In this document: piece after piece, positions 45,001 to 55,190 of the stretch
Layout: every line of letters starts with the position of its first letter
How positions within the stretch are numbered: position 1 is the first letter of the stretch
NCBI GenBank assembly: GCA_044892505.1
Contig: CM097884.1
Location: 91,264,001 to 91,328,000 of the forward strand
Length of the DNA stretch: 64,000 bases
Source: Schmidtea nova
Taxonomy: Eukaryota
Direction of reading: 5' to 3'
Notes under the pieces: generated by a model
Seen by the model: the letters and a program-made list of their open reading frames with translations, nothing else
Databases searched by the model: none
What the model was told of the DNA's origin: nothing
Program-made: the position numbers and the translations under genes

Positions 45001-48000
45001 GTTGACGATTTGAAAAACGTTTTGAGAAAACCACATCATTATGTGAAGAAAGTGACAATCAAATTTGAAGTGACGAAAGTTGTTAAAGTGAAATTGGTTG
45101 TGAAAGGCTGTGTTGACAAAGTACCGACGCCACCAACATTGCGTCCAACAACTAAATCTACTCCAACTAGACCAGGAGCTACAACAACTACAACTAGACG
45201 AACAACGACTCTGAAACCATGTGCCGTGAAACTCGTCATCAAAGATAAGCAATTGACAGGAATTACAGTGACACCAAAGATTTCCAAGAGTGATGTTAAA
45301 AAGTTGAGACCTGATTGGAAACATCCAAAACAAGGTGTTGAGTTCAAACGTGGAAAACACACAATTGTTGTCAAGATCGTCAAAGGCACTCACCAAAAGA
45401 AACCAAACAGAATCACAGCAGCCGGTTTGAAAGTAGTCAATGTCAATCCAGGCGACAAATTGAGCAAATACTTCAAGTCAGTTACAATTGTAATTACGAA
45501 ACAAAAGTTCACAAGAGGTGGCAAACGAAAGACTGTCAAGAAAACGATTAAAGTCCCATTGAAAACAATTGTTGACGATTTGAAAAACGTTTTGAGAAAA
45601 CCACATCATTATGTGAAGAAAGTGACAATCAAATTTGAAGTGACGAAAGTTGTTAAAGTGAAATTGGTTGTGAAAGGCTGTGTTGACAAAGTACCGACGC
45701 CACCAACATTGCGTCCAACAACTAAATCTACTCCAACTAGACCAGGAGCTACAACAACTACAACTAGACGAACAACGACTCTGAAACCATGTGCCGTGAA
45801 ACTCGTCATCAAAGATAAGCAATTGACAGGAATTACAGTGACACCAAAGATTTCCAAGAGTGTTGTTAAAAAGTTGAGACCTGATTGGAAACATCCAAAA
45901 CAAGGTGTTGAGTTCAAACGTGGAAAACACACAATTGTTGTCAAGATCGTCAAAGGCACTCACCAAAAGAAACCAAACAGAATCACAGCAGCCGGTTTGA
46001 AAGTAGTCAATGTCAATCCAGGCGACAAATTGAGCAAATACTTCAAGTCAGTTACAATTGTAATTACGAAACAAAAGTTCACAAGAGGTGGCAAACGAAA
46101 GACTGTCAAGAAAACGATTAAAGTCCCATTGAAAACAATTGTTGACGATTTGAAAAACGTTTTGAGAAAACCACATCATTATGTGAAGAAAGTGACAATC
46201 AAATTTGAAGTGACGAAAGTTGTTAAAGTGAAATTGGTTGTGAAAGGCTGTGTTGACAAAGTACCGACGCCACCAACATTGCGTCCAACAACTAAATCTA
46301 CTCCAACTAGACCAGGAGCTACAACAACTACAACTAGACGAACAACGACTCTGAAACCATGTGCCGTGAAACTCGTCATCAAAGATAAGCAATTGACAGG
46401 AATTACAGTGACACCAAAGATTTCCAAGAGTGATGTTAAAAAGTTGAGACCTGATTGGAAACATCCAAAACAAGGTGTTGAGTTCAAACGTGGAAAACAC
46501 ACAATTGTTGTCAAGATCGTCAAAGGCACTCACCAAAAGAAACCAAACAGAATCACAGCAGCCGGTTTGAAAGTAGTCAATGTCAATCCAGGCGACAAAT
46601 TGAGCAAATACTTCAAGTCAGTTACAATTGTAATTACGAAACAAAAGTTCACAAGAGGTGGCAAACGAAAGACTGTCAAGAAAACGATTAAAGTCCCATT
46701 GAAAACAATTGTTGACGATTTGAAAAACGTTTTGAGAAAACCGCATCATTATGTGAAGAAAGTGACAATCAAATTTGAAGTGACGAAAGTTGTTAAAGTG
46801 AAATTGGTTGTGAAAGGCTGTGTTGACAAAGTACCGACGCCACCAACATTGCGTCCAACAACTAAATCTACTCCAACTAGACCAGGAGCTACAACAACTA
46901 CAACTAGACGAACAACGACTCTGAAACCATGTGCCGTGAAACTCGTCATCAAAGATAAGCAATTGACAGGAATTACAGTGACACCAAAGATTTCCAAGAG
47001 TGATGTTAAAAAGTTGAGACCTGATTGGAAACATCCAAAACAAGGTGTTGAGTTCAAACGTGGAAAACACACAATTGTTGTCAAGATCGTCAAAGGCACT
47101 CACCAAAAGAAACCAAACAGAATCACAGCAGCCGGTTTGAAAGTAGTCAATGTCAATCCAGGCGACAAATTGAGCAAATACTTCAAGTCAGTTACAATTG
47201 TAATTACGAAACAAAAGTTCACAAGAGGTGGCAAACGAAAGACTGTCAAGAAAACGATTAAAGTCCCATTGAAAACAATTGTTGACGATTTGAAAAACGT
47301 TTTGAGAAAACCGCATCATTATGTGAAGAAAGTGACAATCAAATTTGAAGTGACGAAAGTTGTTAAAGTGAAATTGGTTGTGAAAGGCTGTGTTGACAAA
47401 GTACCGACGCCACCAACATTGCGTCCAACAACTAAATCTACTCCAACTAGACCAGGAGCTACAACAACTACAACTAGACGAACAACGACTCTGAAACCAT
47501 GTGCCGTGAAACTCGTCATCAAAGATAAGCAATTGACAGGAATTACAGTGACACCAAAGATTTCCAAGAGTGATGTTAAAAAGTTGAGACCTGATTGGAA
47601 ACATCCAAAACAAGGTGTTGAGTTCAAACGTGGAAAACACACAATTGTTGTCAAGATCGTCAAAGGCACTCACCAAAAGAAACCAAACAGAATCACAGCA
47701 GCCGGTTTGAAAGTAGTCAATGTCAATCCAGGCGACAAATTGAGCAAATACTTCAAGTCAGTTACAATTGTAATTACGAAACAAAAGTTCACAAGAGGTG
47801 GCAAACGAAAGACTGTCAAGAAAACGATTAAAGTCCCATTGAAAACAATTGTTGACGATTTGAAAAACGTTTTGAGAAAACCACATCATTATGTGAAGAA
47901 AGTGACAATCAAATTTGAAGTGACGAAAGTTGTTAAAGTGAAATTGGTTGTGAAAGGCTGTGTTGACAAAGTACCGACGCCACCAACATTGCGTCCAACA

Positions 48001-48178
48001 ACTAAATCTACTCCAACTAGACCAGGAGCTACAACAACTACAACTAGACGAACAACGACTCTGAAACCATGTGCCGTGAAACTCGTCATCAAAGATAAGC
48101 AATTGACAGGAATTACAGTGACACCAAAGATTTCCAAGAGTGATGTTAAAAAGTTGAGACCTGATTGGAAACATCCAA
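1..48178 (+). repeat. Coding tandem array of 570-bp units (190 aa), 84 full units plus a partial 85th
   Basis: The unit start ccacatcattatgtgaag recurs at 1, 571, 1141 and so on to 47881 (1+570x84; two late units read ccg). Only substitutions were seen, no indels. Identity to the consensus ends at 48178. Confidence 0.98.
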
Positions 48179-51100
48179 GTCAAGGTGTTAGTTTTAATAT
48201 TGGTCAACATAAAATTGAGGTCCTTTTAAACAATTCAATTTCCTCTGTGTCATCAATAGGTTTAATTGCTCCTTTAGTTTCATATTCGTCTCTTACTTCA
48301 TTATATTTTGATTATTTGAGCATATTCATTAATTACCGCACTTCCTCTCATGTTACAACATTAGTTTATCGTTCTCAACCACTTTCTATGTTTTCTGTTT
48401 TGCCTAACGTAGTAAATAGTTCTCTGTTTGATGTGGCTTCAATCACTTATAAATTTTCTGTTGTTCAAGTAATCAAGCTTCGCCTCAATATACAAGGTTG
48501 TCTGAAATATTACATTTCGTCTCCTCCCATTTCTTCTTTATCGTCGTCGTCAGCTACTCCACCAGTATCCTTATCCGCAATCTCCTCTACACCTTTGCCA
48601 TTTACTTTGCCACCTTCTCTGACTCCGTGTCTGGATTCAAATCTTGTTGTCAATGAAAATTTCACCGAATTCAAATTCTCTCCACCTTTAACAAAATGTG
48701 AAGAAAAGAAAATCCGCCATAACTTTACAAATTCTTTGGTTGGCGTGCGTCTCATATGCGGTTCTCACTCTATTACTGTTTTCATTAAGGATCATGAATC
48801 ATTTGTTACAAATAATATTGTTTTCCAAATAGGTATGTTCATTGTCAACAGTTCTACTTCTGATTCCTTTAGTAAATACTTTGAATATTTTGATTTAGTT
48901 ATTAGTCGACATTCCATTTTATCTTTTGATTCTGAGCCTTTGTCACCGCTGACAGTTTTCAGTTTTCCACTTTCTAGCAAAATTGAAAGACTTCCAAGCA
49001 TGATCAACTCTGTTCAACAGAATGTAGAATTCATTCGCTTTGATTTTAAGTTGAAATCGGATGTTGTTATTAAGCTATTAGTTAATGGTTGCGTTAAAAA
49101 ATATCTCTCCTCTACACTTACTACTCTTCCTACCGGTTTTGTACAGGAAGAAACATATAAGTGTGAGAAAACATACAACTTGTTGGATAATTTGTTATTA
49201 TTTAAAATTTCTGCAGACCAGAATAATGATTTGAACTTAAATTCTTTGAGGCATCCTAAAAAAGGTTATTCATTCCAAAGTGGTTTTTATTCTATCAAAT
49301 TTTCCTTGCCCCCTTCTCAAAATATAAATATTGCAGAATTCGGTTTAAGATTATTGGATAAGATCAGCGATAGTTCTGCTAACGATTTCATTGAAATATC
49401 CAACATCTTCGTTGTACGGTTGGTTAGGAGCTTTGGTCGTGTTGTCGGAAGAAAGGTTTCTATACCGACTCCTGATCGCTTGACTGTGAATAATGTTAAT
49501 AAACTTATAAAGACTAGCTTGTCATCAATTAATAAAATAGTTATAAAATTCATTATCAAACGAAATGTCAGAATCAGTGCAACAATGAAAGGCTGCACGA
49601 AAGCCGATGCTAAACTTATCACAACATCCAAACCTTCAATGATTTCTCCATTTACACCTTTCATAAATGAGCAATCTTTCACTTGCCGATACACGTTCAA
49701 TTTACTCAAAAATAATAATTTTAATTTGAAAATTATTCCGAATTTACCTGAAACGAAGTTAGACAAATTGAAATTGGTAAAAAAGTCCAAACAAGCTGGC
49801 GTGGTTTTAGGCAAAGGGTTTTATTCGATTGAATTATCCTTGCCCACCGATGAAAGTCAAAACGTTCTTGAACTCGGTTTAGTTATTTATGATGAAAGCA
49901 ATGGAAGATATACAAACAATTTGATTAAACTTGTGAAAATTGAAGTTGTCCGGTTAACGAGAAGTTTCGGTAAAATGGTTTCAAGAAATATGCCGATATC
50001 TATTCCGGAAAATTTGTCCGTAAGAGATGTTAGAAATGTTTTGTCTAATGGAATTAATAATATTAACAAAATTACATTGAAGTTCTACGTAAAAAGAGAC
50101 TTAAAGATAAGCGTTAATGTTAAAGGTTGTAAAGATTCTGACAAAGATCTCCTTCTATCCACAGTGACTCCAACACCAGTTATCAATGATGAATCGTATC
50201 GATGCTCGGTTGTTAGAAGCCTTCTACAAGATTTAAGAAATATACAATTGAACGTCAAGCCAGCAATTTCATCTGCTGATGCCAACAAATTAAGAGGTTT
50301 ATTTGATTCGTTGACTAGAGGAGCGACTCTGATTAAAGGAGAATACATTTTCGAAATAAATCTTAATCCTGGTCAAACTTTAAATGTCATCGAAATCGGT
50401 CTTTTAATTTTGAATCACAATGAAAACAAACCTGTTTCCAGTGTCATTCAGTCAATCGGTGTTTCTGTGACACGACTTGTTAAATCATTTGGTCGACTCA
50501 AAGAAGTCAATGTACCCCTTAATATTCCAGATGATCTGTCAATAAAAGATTTGAAAAATATTATGACCTCTGCTATTAACAACATCAACAAAGTAATGAT
50601 AAAATTACAACTGAAGAGAAGTATCAAAGCAGAAATTAACTTCAAAGGTTGCTCCAGCTTCGACTCAACAACTACAGCACAAAGTTCGACAGTAACTCCA
50701 TTTATCAATGAAGAATCATATCAATGTGAAAGCATTGTCAATTTGTTGGATTTACAGAAATCAGTAAAATTATCCAAAGTTCCACCGTTGTCTGCAGCTG
50801 ACAATTTACGATTGAGGTTGACAACAATCCGTCCAAATTTAGGAGCGCCTATCATCAAAGGTCAACAGGAAATTTCAATTTCATTCCCAACTGGTGAGAA
50901 AGGAACAATTGTGAAATTTGGTTTGAATATTATTGGTGAAAACAGCAACAGATTTGTGCAAAACTTTATCAAAAATCTCGCAGTTACTGCATATCGAGTT
51001 CGAATGAGTTTTGGTAATATAATCTCGACCCCAATGAAAATTAATTTACCATCAAAATTGACTGTTGGAAAACTGAAAAATATTCTTTCCACTCAAATAG

Positions 51101-51218
51101 CAAATGTTAATAAAATCGTTATTACATTTGAGACTTTGAAAAAGATTCAACTTAACATCATTATGAATGGATGCTTTTCTTCTACAGTCTTGAAAACTAC
51201 AACTTTACCTCCTGTGGG
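1..51218 (+). CDS. Giant 5'-partial coding segment (apparently one exon) of a repetitive extracellular adhesive/mucin-like protein
   Basis: Frame 1 is open from base 1 (cca cat cat tat gtg = PHHYV) to the N gap at 51219, giving 17,072 complete codons. The track's M at 13 is an internal GTG. No signal peptide or start is in the window, and I saw no intron-like interruption. Confidence 0.9.
48070..51174 (+). repeat. Six diverged in-frame copies of the array domain (Cys...GC)
   Basis: Cys-to-Cys spans: 48070-48501 (chimeric), 48628-49092, 49162-49596, 49684-50130, 50203-50652, 50725-51174, i.e. 144-155 aa. Each ends in a hydrophobic strand plus GC (LNIQGC, LLVNGC, ATMKGC, VNVKGC, INFKGC, IIMNGC) and is followed by an S/T/P-rich linker. 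Confidence 0.88.
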
Positions 51219-51885
51219 NNNNNNNNNNNNNNNNNNNNNNNNNNNNNNNNNNNNNNNNNNNNNNNNNNNNNNNNNNNNNNNNNNNNNNNNNNNNNNNNNN
51301 NNNNNNNNNNNNNNNNNNNNNNNNNNNNNNNNNNNNNNNNNNNNNNNNNNNNNNNNNNNNNNNNNNNNNNNNNNNNNNNNNNNNNNNNNNNNNNNNNNNN
51401 NNNNNNNNNNNNNNNNNNNNNNNNNNNNNNNNNNNNNNNNNNNNNNNNNNNNNNNNNNNNNNNNNNNNNNNNNNNNNNNNNNNNNNNNNNNNNNNNNNNN
51501 NNNNNNNNNNNNNNNNNNNNNNNNNNNNNNNNNNNNNNNNNNNNNNNNNNNNNNNNNNNNNNNNNNNNNNNNNNNNNNNNNNNNNNNNNNNNNNNNNNNN
51601 NNNNNNNNNNNNNNNNNNNNNNNNNNNNNNNNNNNNNNNNNNNNNNNNNNNNNNNNNNNNNNNNNNNNNNNNNNNNNNNNNNNNNNNNNNNNNNNNNNNN
51701 NNNNNNNNNNNNNNNNNNNNNNNNNNNNNNNNNNNNNNNNNNNNNNNNNNNNNNNNNNNNNNNNNNNNNNNNNNNNNNNNNNNNNNNNNNNNNNNNNNNN
51801 NNNNNNNNNNNNNNNNNNNNNNNNNNNNNNNNNNNNNNNNNNNNNNNNNNNNNNNNNNNNNNNNNNNNNNNNNNNNNNNNNNNNN
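51219..51885. other. Assembly gap (667 N) inside the giant gene
   Basis: Run of N. Frame continuity across it cannot be verified. Confidence 0.99.
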
Positions 51886-54233
51886 AACAAATACTATTCA
51901 CATGGCCAAATCATCCAAGAAAAATTAGAGTGTGACTCCAAGTAGAAAAATATAATTTTAATTACGTTGAGAGTGTTAATAATTTTTTCGTAGAATTTGT
52001 TCTGATGGTAGAACAATTCCAATTGTTGTTTGTAATAATAAATGGACAAAATGGCAGAAATGTTCCAAATTTTGTGGAGCAGGTGAAACTTCACGACGAC
52101 AATTTTGCATATTGAATCAATTGATGCGAAGCATTGATAAACAAGACCTAATAAAGAAAATTAATGGAAATTGTTTGAATAAAATCGAAGTGAAGCCATG
52201 TTTTGATCAACCTTGTCAAGGTACCGTTTAAAAAAGTATATTGGAGTATAAATTATATTTTAGAATCATGTAAATTAACCGAATGGTCCGATTGGAGTCC
52301 GTGTGACAACACCAGTTGTAAAGACGAATATCAAACCAGAGTTAGACAACTTATTAATGCTAACAAAAACAGCCTTTGTACAAAAGCATTAATGGAATCT
52401 CGAAGATGCATGAAACCACAATGTTTGTTAATTATGGAATTTTTCGTTATAGTTTAATTAACCGAATTAGGTCCATGTGCGGAAAATGCCGTCCTACACG
52501 AGTGCGCCAATATCTTGTGTCCAACGTCATGCAGCCATATGAATCCACGTGTAAGATGCGTCTCCAGCACTAATAACTGTATCAAAGCTTGCGTTTGCAA
52601 ATTGGGTTATCTTTACCAAAATGGAAAATGTGTTCGCAGATCTCAGTGCCTGTGCTTGGCACCTAATTTTAACACGATAATGCTTTCTAAATCATCTTCA
52701 ACTACTGATAGTCAAAAAGCGACAATGGTTCAATTTTTTAATCTGTAATTCTAATTTTATTTTATTTTTATTAGACCTATCCCGGACAAAGCCAAACAAG
52801 CAATTCCGAAAGTCCCGGAGATTCAAATAAATCCAGCTCAACATCGTCATCATCCACGACAACTAAGTTGTCGAATGCTATAATCACAGAACTTTCAAAA
52901 GAAGATCTTGATAAAATAAAACATAATAAGCAATTTACTCCACCGTGGAGACCCGGTTATACAAATCCTCCTCTTTATCAGTAATTCAATTTTGAGAAGT
53001 AATATTAAACATTGATCAATGTAGAGCTAGTCCAGCATGGTATGCGGGCGCAACTCCAGCGGGAGCCACAATAAAATTGCCCGACAATTCAGCTACTGAA
53101 CAGAAGATTGACAATGTGCCAACAGGTTCTAAAGCCACCAATCCCGTAAATTCGCCTGAAACATCGCCGACTATTAAATATTTCGTAACGCAAAAATACG
53201 CCCCGTCAAATTCTAATCAGAACCAAAATCAAAATCAAAATGCTGGCGCGTCTGTAACAACTCAAAAGTCTCAACAGTTGACATCCGATTCACTTTTATC
53301 TGGCTCATCAAGTGAGTTTTATTTTGTAACAATCATCCATAATGGCTTTTAAAATTTTCTAGAAAGTCCAAGTTCACAACCTGGACAAGGGTCTCAATCT
53401 CCTGACTCAGCAGCCAGTGGCTCTCTTCAACCGACCGGCTCTGGTAATTTACAAGGCACAGTTACTAGTTTCCCGGGTTTCAGTTTATCGACAATAGATA
53501 AAAGTCACGTAAACGCAAATTCAACTGTGATCTTAGACTGCCAGTCATGGTTTGATGGTTTTTATTATTATTTTCGATTAAAATTTCAAATTCAGTGTCT
53601 GCACAAATGGGCGATTAGTATGTAATGGGCCCCGGTGTATAAGTGAGTTCTGAAGCGAATTTCTGCGATAAATTATTATTGTAAACCTCTAGTTGGCAAT
53701 AATACTTGGTCCGATTGGTCAGCATGGTCCCCTTGCACCGGTATTTGCGGAACTGGAATTAGAAGAAGATTTAGACAGTGTCAAGGAATCAATTGCAAAG
53801 ATACTTCTACCAGTGAAGCTGGATTTACAAGATTTATGGCGACGAATGATGTCCAAGCTGAAGATAAACAATGCATGATTAAAGAATGTTCTTGCGTGTT
53901 TTCTAAAGAATTAATGAAGGTATGTATAACAATTAAAATGATCCTTGAATAAATAGCGATTATTCATTGAAACAGATCCATATTGGAGAAAGTTCTATCA
54001 AAAAATTTAATATCGACTTATCGGCTTTCTGGATCGAAAAAGACAATGTGAAAGGTTTGTCGCACAGCAAAGAATTAGTGAAATCTGGAGATGTCATCAA
54101 AAGTGGAATAACAATTCAAGCCAAATGCAGTCAATGGTAAATTACATTTATTCTGCTGAAATTATTCTTACATGTCAATATGTTTAGCTCTTGCAAGGAC
54201 GGGCAATTCAAGTGCACAACTGAATGTTCGTAA
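51886..54233 (+). CDS. Spliced C-terminal part of the giant protein: 11 exons, 619 aa plus stop
   Basis: Exons 51886-51941, 51994-52220, 52264-52422, 52471-52727, 52775-52980, 53025-53311, 53363-53549, 53596-53642, 53693-53919, 53976-54136, 54188-54233. All 10 introns are GT-AG and 43-56 nt. Exon lengths sum to 1860 nt in one open frame ending ...CSCKDGQFKCTTECS*. Linkage to the giant exon across the gap is inferred from strand and proximity. Confidence 0.85.
52043..52216 (+). other. Thrombospondin type-1 repeat 1
   Basis: WTKWQKCSKFCGAGETSRRQFC...NCLNKIEVKPCFDQPC fits the WxxWxxCSxxCGxGxxxRxRxC pattern. Confidence 0.88.
52264..52422 (+). other. Thrombospondin type-1 repeat 2 (spondin-like)
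   Basis: CKLTEWSDWSPCDNTSCKDEYQTRVR...CTKALMESRRCMKPQC. Confidence 0.88.
52476..52649 (+). other. TIL (trypsin inhibitor-like cysteine-rich) domain
   Basis: CAENAVLHECANILCPTSCSHMNPRVRCVSSTNNCIKACVCKLGYLYQNGKCVRRSQC has the 10-Cys TIL spacing. Confidence 0.9.
53707..53889 (+). other. Thrombospondin type-1 repeat 3
   Basis: WSDWSAWSPCTGICGTGIRRRFRQCQGINC...EDKQCMIKEC. This frame differs from the one the ORF track reports at 53693. Confidence 0.92.
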
Positions 54234-54271
54234 TTTTAAAACAATAACTTGTGAAATTTGTGTTGATTAAT

Positions 54272-54277
54272 AATAAA
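54272..54277 (+). terminator. Polyadenylation signal AATAAA
   Basis: Lies 38 nt after the stop at 54233, followed by T-rich sequence. Confidence 0.6.
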
Positions 54278-54660
54278 TCTTCTGCTTAAATTGTGATTTT
54301 TTAAATTTTCTTTTCATTGATAAAATTAAAAAAATTATTATATCTTTCGGATATTCTGAGCCGTATTAAAACTGTCGACAATAATTGCAATGAAAAATCG
54401 TAATAAACATCAATCAGTACTATATTTTATGTATTTTTTTATTATTTGATTAAATGAAGTAACTGATTTGTTCCAAGAAATGTCGATGTGAAATTTTAAT
54501 TATGTATTAACCAAAAATAATTTTACAAATTGAAAAGGATAAGATTACACCAGGGTGAATAAATCCAATATCATGCATATTTGTCACTTCAATAAAACAA
54601 AAAATTCAAAAATTGGGGATTTGAGTTTTAATGAAAAATCTTTGAATTTTTTTTTAATAT

Positions 54661-54810
54661 NNNNNNNNNNNNNNNNNNNNNNNNNNNNNNNNNNNNNNNN
54701 NNNNNNNNNNNNNNNNNNNNNNNNNNNNNNNNNNNNNNNNNNNNNNNNNNNNNNNNNNNNNNNNNNNNNNNNNNNNNNNNNNNNNNNNNNNNNNNNNNNN
54801 NNNNNNNNNN
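54661..54810. other. Assembly gap (150 N)
   Basis: Run of N. Confidence 0.99.
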
Positions 54811-54832
54811 TTTCACCTTTGATCTTTTTTTA

Positions 54833-55018
54833 TTATTATTATCAATAATTCTCATAATGACTATAGATCAAAATTTTTTTTTTATAAACAATACCACAAT
54901 ATTTCGGCACAGCCTTTATCAAGTGTGTATTACACACTTGATAAAGGCTGTGCCGAAATATTGTGGTATTGTTTATAAAAAAAAAATTTTGATCTATAGT
55001 CATTATGAGAATTATTGA

Positions 55019-55027
<9 letters not shown>
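54833..55027. repeat. Perfect palindrome with 97-bp arms and a 1-nt spacer
   Basis: Centre is aagtgtgta-t-tacacactt with the spacer at 54930. Arms 54833-54929 and 54931-55027 are exact reverse complements, including the T10/A10 runs. Confidence 0.95.

Positions 55028-55028
<1 letters not shown>

Positions 55029-55082
<54 letters not shown>
55029..55082 (+). repeat. (AAT)18 microsatellite
   Basis: Uninterrupted aat run directly after the palindrome. Confidence 0.97.
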
Positions 55083-55086
<4 letters not shown>

Positions 55087-55190
55087 CTTGACACAAATAA
55101 AAATGCAATAACAAAATAAAAAATTTTTAAAAACTTTTTTAAATAAATTGCTTCTTTCTAAATTAATCCGGGAATACCGACATCAAAATT

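Noticed and set aside
1-48178. CRISPR array or non-coding satellite interpretation
   Set aside because: There are no variable spacers, the context is eukaryotic, and the unit length is a multiple of three with an open frame continuing into diverged homologous domains.
9-48210. Repeated 116-aa and 162-aa minus-strand ORFs, one pair per unit
   Set aside because: They are antisense shadows of the coding array, with their composition dictated by the sense codons. A single substitution at 43462 truncates one without affecting the sense frame.
51147-51935. Minus-strand ORFs made mostly of X
   Set aside because: Artefacts of the N gap.
51943-51945. Stop codon ending the 17,310-aa track ORF
   Set aside because: The TAG lies inside the donor gtag of a 52-nt intron, and splicing continues into TSP1 domains. 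The track ORF also reads through N.
52376-52573. ORF MYKSINGISK…
   Set aside because: Wrong frame. The TSP1 and TIL exons explain this region.
53693-53878. ORF MAIILGPIGQHG…
   Set aside because: Alternative frame of the exon that encodes a canonical TSP1 repeat.
54555-55114. ORFs across the second gap and the poly-Leu ORF
   Set aside because: Produced by N runs and the (AAT)18 microsatellite.
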